A stretch of 64,000 nt of DNA from a virus (IMGVR_UViG_3300031993_000012:1-64000); one strand, 5' to 3'. Positions 32,470 to 41,136 are shown, numbered from the stretch's first letter. Notes: generated from the sequence alone by a model not told the origin. Made by a program: numbers and translations.

Positions 32470-32855
32470 TGTTAGTTAAACACGCTATCATGTTGGCAGA
32501 TTTTTCGCCAGACTATACACCATCTCAATTCCGAGAAAAGATTCTTGGAACAAACGCCACAGATGTTTACATTGGATTTACATCAATGGCTGATTTATTA
32601 CAACGCAAACGACCAAAGGCAACATTAAAATGTATCGAAGAAATTGATAGATTTTACATTGCAACAATAGATATTCCAAAGAGGTATATCAAATTATACA
32701 ATAAATTCAAAGAAGAAAAACCCGTATTATATATCCATCCGGTGTATCGTGCATCGGATGGAATTATATACCGTCATCCCGATCAATATTGGGTCGAGAT
32801 GTGGTTAATGAACGGATTCTATGTTGATGAACCATTTAAAGGAGGTGAAAGTTGA
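32469..32855 (+). CDS. Hypothetical protein
   Basis: 128 aa, translationally coupled (TAATG). Confidence 0.7.
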   Translation: MLVKHAIMLADFSPDYTPSQFREKILGTNATDVYIGFTSMADLLQRKRPKATLKCIEEIDRFYIATIDIPKRYIKLYNKFKEEKPVLYIHPVYRASDGIIYRHPDQYWVEMWLMNGFYVDEPFKGGES

Positions 32856-33094
32856 TGTACACCATTGAGGTATCATGGGGTGAGAAACGTGAATGCGTTT
32901 TTAATCCTATACAGGAAGAAACAATCTGGGGAGTGATTCTCAGATTGCAAACATTGTGGAATGCTAATACATCCACATTAAATTTCTCCACAAAGATAAT
33001 GGAGAATGATAAAATTATTTATGATGGACCTCTCAATCAGTTTGTGATTGATGGTTTCCGTTATGATGTCATTAAGGAGATGATGAAAAAATGA
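32852..33094 (+). CDS. Hypothetical protein
   Basis: 80 aa, AAGGAGGTG RBS. Confidence 0.7.
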   Translation: MMYTIEVSWGEKRECVFNPIQEETIWGVILRLQTLWNANTSTLNFSTKIMENDKIIYDGPLNQFVIDGFRYDVIKEMMKK

Positions 33095-35031
33095 ATAAGC
33101 TTGAAGTATTAACAATCGTAAAAGATTGGATACATGATTTGTCATATATTAATATGGAGACCGATGTTGAACATATTATGGATACTGATGGAGATACATT
33201 TAAAGTATATTATATTTCATCAGAATTCATAATTTCGATTACGTGGCTCGCACACAGTGAGTCTATCACCATTCTTATCAATCACCAATTTATCGCATCC
33301 ATTGAAAATAATGGTGAAATAGTTTATGATGAATCATACTACGAAGAAAAGCTTAAACCATTGGTTCAGTTTGATATTCGTTCTCTGATCAGCAGACTGA
33401 AACACCCACCGACGAAAGAATTCAAAGCATTCTGTAAAGGTGTTGAAGAATGGTTATCCCATTTGAATAATTCAACATTCAAATGGTATTGGTATTCTCC
33501 AACAGTGAATTCAATCGGTAAATGTTATAAAGTTAATGTTGGACCATTCGAGCGTTTATTCCATATCGAAAACTGTGATGGTGGAATTATACTGGATATC
33601 AATTATAATCAGACAATCAAATATATCGATGGTTTGGTAACAGTATTGCCTAAATCAGTAATTAAACCATTTACGTTTGAAGAAATATCACATTTACGTG
33701 ATACGATATTTTCCAGCATGCATAATGAGGAAAACAATCTCAAAATTATACGTATTGAGGAAATATTAAAACAGTGGTTATCGGATATGTCAATGACATA
33801 TACACGTAATGGTGAACATGCATATATTGCATGTATAACACAGCGTGGTTTACACCCATCTACGCACGCTCATATCGGCGTTAGTGTTCATGAGCAGAAT
33901 CCATGTATTTGGTTGTACAACACAACCAACCGCATTATTACATTCGATCCGGATAATAATTGGGAACCGGATATGTTAACTACATATTCTAATCATTATC
34001 CATTCTCTCATACTAATCTTACGAAACTCATGGCAATGTATGTTAAAGAATTTTGTGGTATTGATTATGAATTCCGCAATACAATATTTAATACAATTGA
34101 GCAGTTTTTAAAACGCAGATATCATGGGAGAATTGCGTTATCAAAAAACAATATCAAACATGTTAGATGGAATTTCCGTGGTAAAATCTTTGAATTCGTT
34201 TGGGTTCATGACAGATGGAGAGTATCTACTACCAATTTAGGTGTACACGTTCGAATCTCTGATATTTATCCATCTGGTGATATCAATATGGGTTCATGTA
34301 TAGGCTCAGAAGAAAAAGGTCTTATCAATGAAATCCGTGAAGCCATTAAACCAGTACCGGATTCCACGGATGAAGATTTACTGGAATCTATCAGTAAAGA
34401 ATACAGAACAATCACTGATGTACTGACTGATGATTTCAAGAAGAAAGTCAAGGAACGTAATACTGTAATTAATTCCAGTGATATTAATAATGTCATTAAC
34501 GTTATTAATGCTGGTGACATCCAGGAATTTCCTAGTAAAATTGAAGTTGCTGAGTCTATATTCCATCATAGACCTATAGATGAAATCAGAAAAGAGTTCA
34601 ATGATGCAGTTCATTCAATTAAACCGGAAACACTCTGGTTTGATTCAATGACTGATGTTATTGAAAATATTAAAAAGCAGGAGGAAAAAGAAATGCTTAT
34701 TGACGAAACATTGGCTGTTAAAATTGTTAAACAGCGGGGAGGTATGTATATACCGGAAATCAAACACGTACTCTTTAATGAGACAAAGCTTGTTACTACC
34801 GTAATATTTACGGATGGTGACAGAGTCACATCCAAATGCTGTGATGAAAATGTATTCGATCCCGAAATGGGATTCGCAATGTGCATCATGAAGAAGCTTT
34901 ATGGTAATCGCACACGTTTCCAGAAGGAAATCAAGAAATATCACAACGCAGGTATTCATCGGAATATCAAAATCGCAGAAAAAGCAGCGCGTAAAGAAAA
35001 AGAAAAAGAAGAAAACGACGCTGAAATATAA
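33091..35031 (+). CDS. Multidomain hypothetical protein
   Basis: 646 aa; C-terminal IKHVLFN...TTVIFTDG...KC...FDPEMGFAMCIMKK domain seen in many Firmicute phage proteins. Confidence 0.75.
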   Translation: MNKLEVLTIVKDWIHDLSYINMETDVEHIMDTDGDTFKVYYISSEFIISITWLAHSESITILINHQFIASIENNGEIVYDESYYEEKLKPLVQFDIRSLISRLKHPPTKEFKAFCKGVEEWLSHLNNSTFKWYWYSPTVNSIGKCYKVNVGPFERLFHIENCDGGIILDINYNQTIKYIDGLVTVLPKSVIKPFTFEEISHLRDTIFSSMHNEENNLKIIRIEEILKQWLSDMSMTYTRNGEHAYIACITQRGLHPSTHAHIGVSVHEQNPCIWLYNTTNRIITFDPDNNWEPDMLTTYSNHYPFSHTNLTKLMAMYVKEFCGIDYEFRNTIFNTIEQFLKRRYHGRIALSKNNIKHVRWNFRGKIFEFVWVHDRWRVSTTNLGVHVRISDIYPSGDINMGSCIGSEEKGLINEIREAIKPVPDSTDEDLLESISKEYRTITDVLTDDFKKKVKERNTVINSSDINNVINVINAGDIQEFPSKIEVAESIFHHRPIDEIRKEFNDAVHSIKPETLWFDSMTDVIENIKKQEEKEMLIDETLAVKIVKQRGGMYIPEIKHVLFNETKLVTTVIFTDGDRVTSKCCDENVFDPEMGFAMCIMKKLYGNRTRFQKEIKKYHNAGIHRNIKIAEKAARKEKEKEENDAEI

Positions 35032-35116
35032 AAAGGCAAAAGAAGTAACATATAATTACATCAATTAGAGATTGACGAACCTGTCAACTGAATGTTCAAT
35101 GTATAATTGATGACAT

Positions 35117-35199
35117 TACCGTTTGGCGACATACACAATCACTCATGTCGTTTCGATGAGTGTCAGACAGCAATCAATGTGTATGTTCGCCGACGGGTA
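35117..35199 (+). ncRNA. Structured RNA: long closing stem enclosing hairpin + ACAGCAAT
   Basis: TTGGCGA-CATACACA pairs with TGTGTATG-t-TCGCCGA; inner CACTCAT/ATGAGTG hairpin; ACAGCAATC at 35167. Confidence 0.55.
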
Positions 35200-35204
35200 T
35201 TTGT

Positions 35205-35285
35205 GGATGTGTGGCGGAATGGCAGACGCGCTGGTCTCAAGTACCAGTTCCGAAAGGAGTGAGGTTTCGAGTACCTCCACATCTA
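35205..35285 (+). tRNA. tRNA-Leu(CAA)
   Basis: Acceptor GGATGTG/CACATCT, anticodon arm CTGGT-CTCAAGT-ACCAG, long variable arm, T-loop TTCGAGT, A73. Confidence 0.9.
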
Positions 35286-35393
35286 TTACTGGGGTTACGT
35301 TTATATTACGGCTTCTGACTTTGCGGTTCATTGCGTAACTCCAGATCACCCCTAAAACCCGGGTAGCCTTTGCGTATCTACCCGGGCAAAAAA

Positions 35394-35507
35394 CGACGGA
35401 TAACTCAGTAGGTAGAGTACGTAAAGGAATCTAGATTTAGATTCGTACAGCAATCAGCTTGCATTCTAAGCACGGTGTCGTAGGTTCGAGTCCTACTCCG
35501 TCGACCA
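35394..35507 (+). tRNA. tRNA-Arg(TCT) interrupted by a 38-nt insertion (35423-35460) in the anticodon stem
   Basis: Perfect acceptor CGACGGA/TCCGTCG-A-CCA, D and T arms; removing the insert gives CGTGC-ATTCTAA-GCACG. Confidence 0.75.
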
Positions 35508-35508
35508 A

Positions 35509-35608
35509 TGGTCATGATGGGTAATTCCCCATCTTGTATTTAAGATGGTAACAGCAATCATCGGTGAATAAATGACGTTCGAATCGTAAATATTATTCAT
35601 CATGACCA
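35509..35608 (+). ncRNA. tRNA-like RNA with long terminal stem, hairpin + ACAGCAAT and a T-loop
   Basis: TGGTCATGATGGGTAAT pairs with ATTATTCATCATGACCA; CCATCTT/AAGATGG hairpin; ACG-TTCGAAT-CGT. Confidence 0.6.
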
Positions 35609-35614
35609 ATCTAT

Positions 35615-35722
35615 GCGGATATTAGCTCAATTGGATAGAGCGTACGGCCATAAGGAATCTAGATTTAGATTCGTACAGCAATAACACCATAAGGTTATCA
35701 GTTCGAATCTGATATATCCGCG
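35615..35722 (+). tRNA. tRNA-like gene whose anticodon loop is replaced by the hairpin+ACAGCA insert; anticodon unassignable
   Basis: 8-bp acceptor GCGGATAT/ATATCCGC, D arm GCTC-AATTGGATA-GAGC (A20, Arg-like), T arm ATCAG-TTCGAAT-CTGAT. Confidence 0.65.
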
Positions 35723-35731
35723 AATCAAACC

Positions 35732-35830
35732 CATTAGCCGCATAGTTTAGAATAGGTTAAAACGCTGAATATAATCTGAGCATACTAGGACTATTCGGAA
35801 AAGGTTGTTCGAATCGACCTGGGGTTAATG
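35732..35830 (+). tRNA. Degenerate tRNA-like element with 20-nt anticodon loop
   Basis: D arm GTTT-AGAATAGGTTA-AAAC, CTGAATA/TATTCGG stem, T-loop GTTCGAATC, terminal CATTAGCC/GGTTAATG pairing. Confidence 0.5.
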
Positions 35831-35843
35831 AGTTTAATCATAT

Positions 35844-35955
35844 GAAGGTGTTAGTTTAGTTGGTTAAAACGCGTTAAGGAATCTAGTGATAGATTCGTAC
35901 AGCATATTATTTGCATATGGCGCACGAGACACATGTTCAAATCATGTACACCTTC
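35844..35955 (+). tRNA. tRNA-His-like (ATG anticodon) interrupted by a 38-nt insertion (35875-35912)
   Basis: G-1:C73 pair, acceptor AAGGTGT/ACACCTT; removing the insert gives CGTGC-ATATGGC-GCACG. Confidence 0.7.
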
Positions 35956-35963
35956 TTCCAGAT

Positions 35964-36570
35964 GTGACATTAGCGCAGTCGGTAGCGCATTCGCTTTAAA
36001 GGAGAAATAATATGGAATTATCAACACATGCTAAAGGAGTTGTAACAGAATTAGCTGTACAACAAGCATTCATTAAACATGGATTCGGCGTATCAGTCCC
36101 AGTGTTACCCACTTCTAGATATGACATGATTGCTGATATTGATAGCAATTTATTCAAAGTCCAAATTAAAACAGCTAAGAAACTTCCAAATTCAGATGCC
36201 TTTATGATCAGAACGAAATCAACTAGAACACATCGATACGGTGTATCCGTTGTTAAATATACAGCGGATGAAATTGATATGTTTGCTACATGTTATAATG
36301 GTGATGTCTATGTTGTTCCACAATATTTAGCACAAGGAACTGAATTCATTTTTAGAAATTCATCAGCGAGTAACCAGAAAGTTGGTATTCATTTTGCATC
36401 TGATTTTAAGTTGGATAATGTTGTTGAAAAATGGAGAAATCAATCATTATCATTCAACAATAACCAACTTTATTTGAATAATAATGTATTATGATTATAT
36501 GATATTATTCAAATATAATAATTATCCTTTAAAGCGTGGGTCGTGGATTCGAGTTCCACATGTCACACCA
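35964..36570 (+). tRNA. tRNA split in the anticodon loop by an ORF-containing insertion of about 530 nt (halves 35964-36000 and 36528-36570)
   Basis: Acceptor GTGACAT/ATGTCAC-A-CCA, D arm GCGC-AGTCGGTA-GCGC, T arm GTGGA-TTCGAGT-TCCAC. Confidence 0.75.
36012..36494 (+). CDS. PD-(D/E)XK endonuclease, I-Ssp6803I-like homing endonuclease family
   Basis: KGVVTEL...G..VSVP...RYDMIAD....KVQIKT...Y...EIDMFA signature; AAAGGAG RBS inside the tRNA insertion. Confidence 0.88.
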   Translation: MELSTHAKGVVTELAVQQAFIKHGFGVSVPVLPTSRYDMIADIDSNLFKVQIKTAKKLPNSDAFMIRTKSTRTHRYGVSVVKYTADEIDMFATCYNGDVYVVPQYLAQGTEFIFRNSSASNQKVGIHFASDFKLDNVVEKWRNQSLSFNNNQLYLNNNVL

Positions 36571-36782
36571 TTGCGGTCTTCAGACAGCCGCAACAATTCC
36601 TAATCACGGCTGGCACTTATACATCCCTTCGTGTCAGCCACATATGTAACCAATGAGCTTGTCCATCTCAGAGGTTGCACCTCAATTGACAGCGATATCC
36701 ACGCCGCTGTTACATATCCTTTCATTTACGGCAGCTCCTTCGGGAGCTGCTGTAGTACCATTTATCTTTAGGAGGAATTTTT

Positions 36783-37523
36783 ATGTTACCCGAAATAATC
36801 AATTATGCTGATGAGAAAACTCACGAATTTCGTAAATCCATTGTCAGTGGTAAACCAAAAACAATATTGGTTATACATGATGATGACAGATCGAAATATC
36901 TTGGATTGTTTGCTATGTTAAGCGGCAATAAATGTGAGATAATAAACAATTCAACCGCAATGTATCATATATCCCACGACGTTATATTTGACGATGGTAT
37001 ATCAATTGATGATATTACATTCAATATATTTGATAAAGGTAATCTTTCTGAAACTCATGTCAGAATGGTAAAAATGCCAGATGATATATTAAATGAAACC
37101 ATCAGAGATATTGCATTAGGTAAAATAACCGAAGCTCCATTAGTAGTAAGCTTGTTGACGATGTATGAAAAATGTAATGGTACGGAATATATGACCAAAG
37201 TATACACAGATGTCAGATGCGATGATAAAACTGTCGATTTATATCATGATAATCATTATAATGTCACATCAAATTCAGAGAGAATCAAATCTACGGATCC
37301 TTATGATCAGATGGAAACAGCCATGATATTTAAAAACTATTTATCATATGGATTGACTGTGTGGTATATATTCCAAAAGGTCATTGGTGATGATGAATTA
37401 AAACAGTTCGTCACCAAATGCAAATGTAAACACAAATATTGTGGTAAAGAAATAACTGTTACTAAATATTCAATAGCATGTCAGAAATTGATACTTCATT
37501 TGGCTGAACGTATGAAAAAATAA
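36783..37523 (+). CDS. Hypothetical protein
   Basis: 246 aa, AGGAGG RBS. Confidence 0.75.
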   Translation: MLPEIINYADEKTHEFRKSIVSGKPKTILVIHDDDRSKYLGLFAMLSGNKCEIINNSTAMYHISHDVIFDDGISIDDITFNIFDKGNLSETHVRMVKMPDDILNETIRDIALGKITEAPLVVSLLTMYEKCNGTEYMTKVYTDVRCDDKTVDLYHDNHYNVTSNSERIKSTDPYDQMETAMIFKNYLSYGLTVWYIFQKVIGDDELKQFVTKCKCKHKYCGKEITVTKYSIACQKLILHLAERMKK

Positions 37524-37602
37524 TATGATATCCCCAGATAATTCTGGGGATATATTTTTTGTGTAATATGAACATTAGAGTATAAAAACATTACATGAAT
37601 GA

Positions 37603-37677
37603 TTCCGTATCGCCAAGGGGTTAAGGCAGATGTCTTTGAAGCATCTATCGCTCGTTCGATCCGAGCTACGGAAACCA
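37603..37677 (+). tRNA. tRNA-Gln(TTG)
   Basis: Acceptor TTCCGTA/TACGGAA-A-CCA, anticodon arm GATGT-CTTTGAA-GCATC, T-loop TTCGATC. Confidence 0.9.
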
Positions 37678-37919
37678 AAGGAAGTTTACTTCCAAACAGA
37701 TGTGAGGTTCACGTTTTCACATTTGTCTCCTTAACTTTTAGCCATGTGGATACTAGTTGCCACCTTCTCTGGTATCCACGCGCTTCTTTTGTTCTATATC
37801 CTACTTCTAATTTTAGCCCGGGTTATTCCCGGGCATCTATTTTTTTCAAATTCCATATTTATATTATTTAATTGGATTCTATGAACGTAGAATCAAAAAT
37901 ATATCGGAGGTATAAAAAT

Positions 37920-37994
37920 ATGTTTGCAAAATTAATCGAATTCATTAGAGGTATCGTATCATTCCTGAGCGGAATGTTATTTGCCATCAGATAA
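37920..37994 (+). CDS. 24-aa amphipathic/hydrophobic peptide MFAKLIEFIRGIVSFLSGMLFAIR
   Basis: GGAGGT RBS, first ORF after the promoter motif at about 37850; stop overlaps the next RBS. Confidence 0.5.
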   Translation: MFAKLIEFIRGIVSFLSGMLFAIR

Positions 37995-38007
37995 GGAGGA
38001 ACATAAA

Positions 38008-38748
38008 ATGGAAATATTATTAGATAACAAAAGTATCGCTGAAAAGATTGCATATGTAGATGCAGTGGAGCGCGTTGCATTGTGTAGTAATCAGTATGTA
38101 TATACTGCATTTCATAATGTAATTGTCACCGATAATGTTGAATTTGATGTAGATTTCTACATAGGAGATCCACGAGAGGTAGATTGGGATTATACTCAGC
38201 TCGATGAAGAAACCGTTAGATTTAAATTCGACGAATCTGACATTAAACTTCTTAAGGAATGCCATAATAGTAAAGAGCTTAATCAGGTGGTTCACAAAAT
38301 TCTTATATCGTGTATCGAGAAGCTTAACAAAGAACTGAGTGATCTAATCGGTGCTGGATATGTTGATTTTCAAACAATGATCTACTATAATAACTATACG
38401 AATGTAATCAGAAGCTGGAAGAATCTTAGAATTGATTCAGGGTGGCAAATCAAAAAACCTAACAATTATGGTGCAACAGATAGCGTTAAACAGGGTGACT
38501 CTGATTGGGGTGTACTCCAATTTATATGGGGAACTGCTGTTTATAAATTTGGAGATTATGGTACATCTCCTAGAGTCGGATGGATAGATATCAAAGAACA
38601 TCCAGAATTCTATGAATGGATAGATGCTGTATGTTTCGATGACATCAGTAATAACATATCCGTGAAGACAAAAGAATTGACTAATGAATTCAGAAAGGTG
38701 GTGAAGAATATTGGGGCCGTCAGTCCTGAAGACAATCGTGCAACTTGA
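38008..38748 (+). CDS. Hypothetical protein, start MEILLD
   Basis: AAGGAGG RBS. Confidence 0.75.
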   Translation: MEILLDNKSIAEKIAYVDAVERVALCSNQYVYTAFHNVIVTDNVEFDVDFYIGDPREVDWDYTQLDEETVRFKFDESDIKLLKECHNSKELNQVVHKILISCIEKLNKELSDLIGAGYVDFQTMIYYNNYTNVIRSWKNLRIDSGWQIKKPNNYGATDSVKQGDSDWGVLQFIWGTAVYKFGDYGTSPRVGWIDIKEHPEFYEWIDAVCFDDISNNISVKTKELTNEFRKVVKNIGAVSPEDNRAT

Positions 38749-38844
38749 TGTTCGATCAACTATTGATATGATTGTTGTCGCATTTTGTATGCTGATGATT
38801 ATCCGGTATGGTCAATATCGGAAGAAGAAAAGGAGTAAAAAGTA

Positions 38845-39306
38845 ATGGAAGACAAAATATATATTCATTATGGATCAGATCATTTTGACCCAGAATTATT
38901 TAAAGAAGCGGAATATGAATCTGAGTTCGATTTTAAACCCTATAAAGGTGGATTATGGGCATCAGAGGACACGGATGATGAGTCATATCATTCTTGGCGA
39001 GAATGGTGTGAAATAGAATGTTTTGAACTTTATAGGTTAGAAACATCTTTCCGTTTCAAACTTGCGGAACATCAGAAACCATTCGTAGTTAAAGATGATT
39101 CTATTATTGAAACTAAATATTGTGGTTATTGCAACCCATACAATATTCATCGATTTTCTCGGTTACATCTGAATTTAGATGAACTCAAACGTGATGGATA
39201 TACTCATATTGAGTTTCATAAAAATTCATGGACACACTGGGCTTTCTATAGCTGGGATTGCGATTGTATATTAATATTGGACCCAACGGTAATAGTCCCA
39301 GTGTGA
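38845..39306 (+). CDS. Conserved-type phage hypothetical protein (possible ART-like fold)
   Basis: IHYGS...KP.KGGLWAS...W.EWC...WDCDCIL pattern; fold assignment speculative. Confidence 0.65.
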   Translation: MEDKIYIHYGSDHFDPELFKEAEYESEFDFKPYKGGLWASEDTDDESYHSWREWCEIECFELYRLETSFRFKLAEHQKPFVVKDDSIIETKYCGYCNPYNIHRFSRLHLNLDELKRDGYTHIEFHKNSWTHWAFYSWDCDCILILDPTVIVPV

Positions 39307-39322
39307 ATCGAGGTGATGAAGA

Positions 39323-39589
39323 ATGATTATAAATGACATGACAGTCATACCAAAGAAAGATAAAGAAACCGAGTATGACGTTGTTAAGGGACACAAACGG
39401 ACGATAACAATTAAACGACACAACATCGGATTACAATTCGAAGCGGAATTGACATTTGATGAATATTATTGGGTATTCGGTGATCGAAGACCTGAGAAAT
39501 TCAATCTGGCATTCGAATCCGCATTGTATGAATTTATCCGAGAAGAGTTCAAGGAGGACGAAGATGAACAAGTTAAAAATCACGGGTAG
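39323..39589 (+). CDS. Hypothetical protein
   Basis: 88 aa, GAGGTGA RBS. Confidence 0.7.
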   Translation: MIINDMTVIPKKDKETEYDVVKGHKRTITIKRHNIGLQFEAELTFDEYYWVFGDRRPEKFNLAFESALYEFIREEFKEDEDEQVKNHG

Positions 39590-39860
39590 TACACCCCTGA
39601 ATTGCACCGGTCTCGTAACAGGAGACTATTACATCATTGATGATGGACATAAAAAGATCGGTCAATTAATATCGGCTACGATTTTGAATATTATATTCAG
39701 AATATATGTTTCGGATAACGTAGTCGTATATGATGAACTGAGAATCCCAACAATTGATTTGATTGACAGTTCTACGATAATCACACACATCGGTGATAAT
39801 TTACCGGTGAATGAGTTGGCTGAAATCCTTTGTGATATACCGAAGGATGAAATGATGTAA
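39564..39860 (+). CDS. Hypothetical protein, start MNKLKI
   Basis: AAGGAGG RBS before ATG 39564. Confidence 0.65.
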   Translation: MNKLKITGSTPLNCTGLVTGDYYIIDDGHKKIGQLISATILNIIFRIYVSDNVVVYDELRIPTIDLIDSSTIITHIGDNLPVNELAEILCDIPKDEMM

Positions 39861-39861
39861 C

Positions 39862-40161
39862 ATGAAACTGTACAATGATTCATCAAACAACAAACAAATC
39901 GCAATCAAAGATATCATATACATGATAACGCAATTGGATAAATTTATCCAATTATATGACAAATGTATATACGAAACTGACGATGAACAACGTCGTGCAA
40001 TTACTAAACTGGAAGACATTGTTCATCTGTTCAAAAAACGCGACTTCGAATATTTGTTCGAAGATAAAATCAATCTGATTGATTGGGATACAACAACATC
40101 AAAATTCACTCCAGATGAAATAAAAGCATGGAGAGAATTCTTCAAAAAGAATCCGTATTGA
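39862..40161 (+). CDS. Hypothetical protein
   Basis: 99 aa in a tightly packed operon. Confidence 0.7.
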   Translation: MKLYNDSSNNKQIAIKDIIYMITQLDKFIQLYDKCIYETDDEQRRAITKLEDIVHLFKKRDFEYLFEDKINLIDWDTTTSKFTPDEIKAWREFFKKNPY

Positions 40162-40176
40162 AAGGAATGATAAACA

Positions 40177-41073
40177 TTGGATATCACACAATTTAAACCA
40201 TTCGTAATCGAGAAGCTACTATTGTCGTTGGTCAGACGACATCAGATTCGTTCGGTTACAAACACAGATACTCGTTTTGATATAGAAACGGAGAACCATA
40301 TAATTCATGGTTATTCGTATGAAGCACATGGTCTCCAATGTTTATCAATATCAATTGAACGAAATAAAGTTGAAGAATATTTAATAAAACTATATTACTC
40401 TGAACAAACGAAATATCACGAAATGATGAAACAACATTTATCGACATTCGATGCTGATGTGTTATCACCTTTGAACAATGTATTTGATGATTGGGATCAT
40501 GGTCGACTGGCTGTGATCTCATTCGGTCATCGTGATTCTGTTGCAAATTTATTTCGTTATAAAATTGCTGTCAGTCAACAAAACAAGTTAATGATTGCTC
40601 GATCCAAAAGTGGATTTTCATATGCATTCTTAGATTCCGATATGAAATCATTTATTGAGAATCGTGATCTAGGAATTACGACGAATATCATATTAAGGAG
40701 ACTTGATAATTTGGAATTTAAATCGTTGACTTCCGAAATGCCATTTGGTCCAGCGTTAGAGTTATTTGAAGACGCTATCAAAACTCCACTTGAAAAACCA
40801 CCTATACATTACAATATCATCACAATCAATTCGCGACCACCATATATTATGAAATCTCCTACGAGAAATGTATGGATTGTTGTATTAGAAATCGACGAAA
40901 AACATTCTAAATGTCGATCTGGTTATATTGATAATGAACCAGATCCATATGCAATATCGTGGAATGTATATAATATACGAACTACGAAGATATACTACTA
41001 TAAAGAATTACGTCGATATCAAATAATGCGTGGAAATGATTGTGTGGATATCACACATCTAATACGTGAATAA
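40177..41073 (+). CDS. Hypothetical protein
   Basis: 298 aa, TTG start with AAAGGA RBS; followed by ACACCCGGG-ttaa-CCCGGGTGT hairpin. Confidence 0.7.
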   Translation: MDITQFKPFVIEKLLLSLVRRHQIRSVTNTDTRFDIETENHIIHGYSYEAHGLQCLSISIERNKVEEYLIKLYYSEQTKYHEMMKQHLSTFDADVLSPLNNVFDDWDHGRLAVISFGHRDSVANLFRYKIAVSQQNKLMIARSKSGFSYAFLDSDMKSFIENRDLGITTNIILRRLDNLEFKSLTSEMPFGPALELFEDAIKTPLEKPPIHYNIITINSRPPYIMKSPTRNVWIVVLEIDEKHSKCRSGYIDNEPDPYAISWNVYNIRTTKIYYYKELRRYQIMRGNDCVDITHLIRE

Positions 41074-41136
41074 TAATTATAACACCCGGGTTTAACCCGG
41101 GTGTATATAAACTTTTACTGTGAAAGGAATAATATA

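Noticed and set aside
35285-37830. HDV-like (theta) ribozymes downstream of tRNAs
   Set aside because: Hairpins are present, but I could not build the nested double pseudoknot by eye; left unassigned
37496-37871. ORFs 37496-37678(-) and 37599-37871(+), and similarly 35123-35349
   Set aside because: They overlap clear tRNA genes and have no RBS
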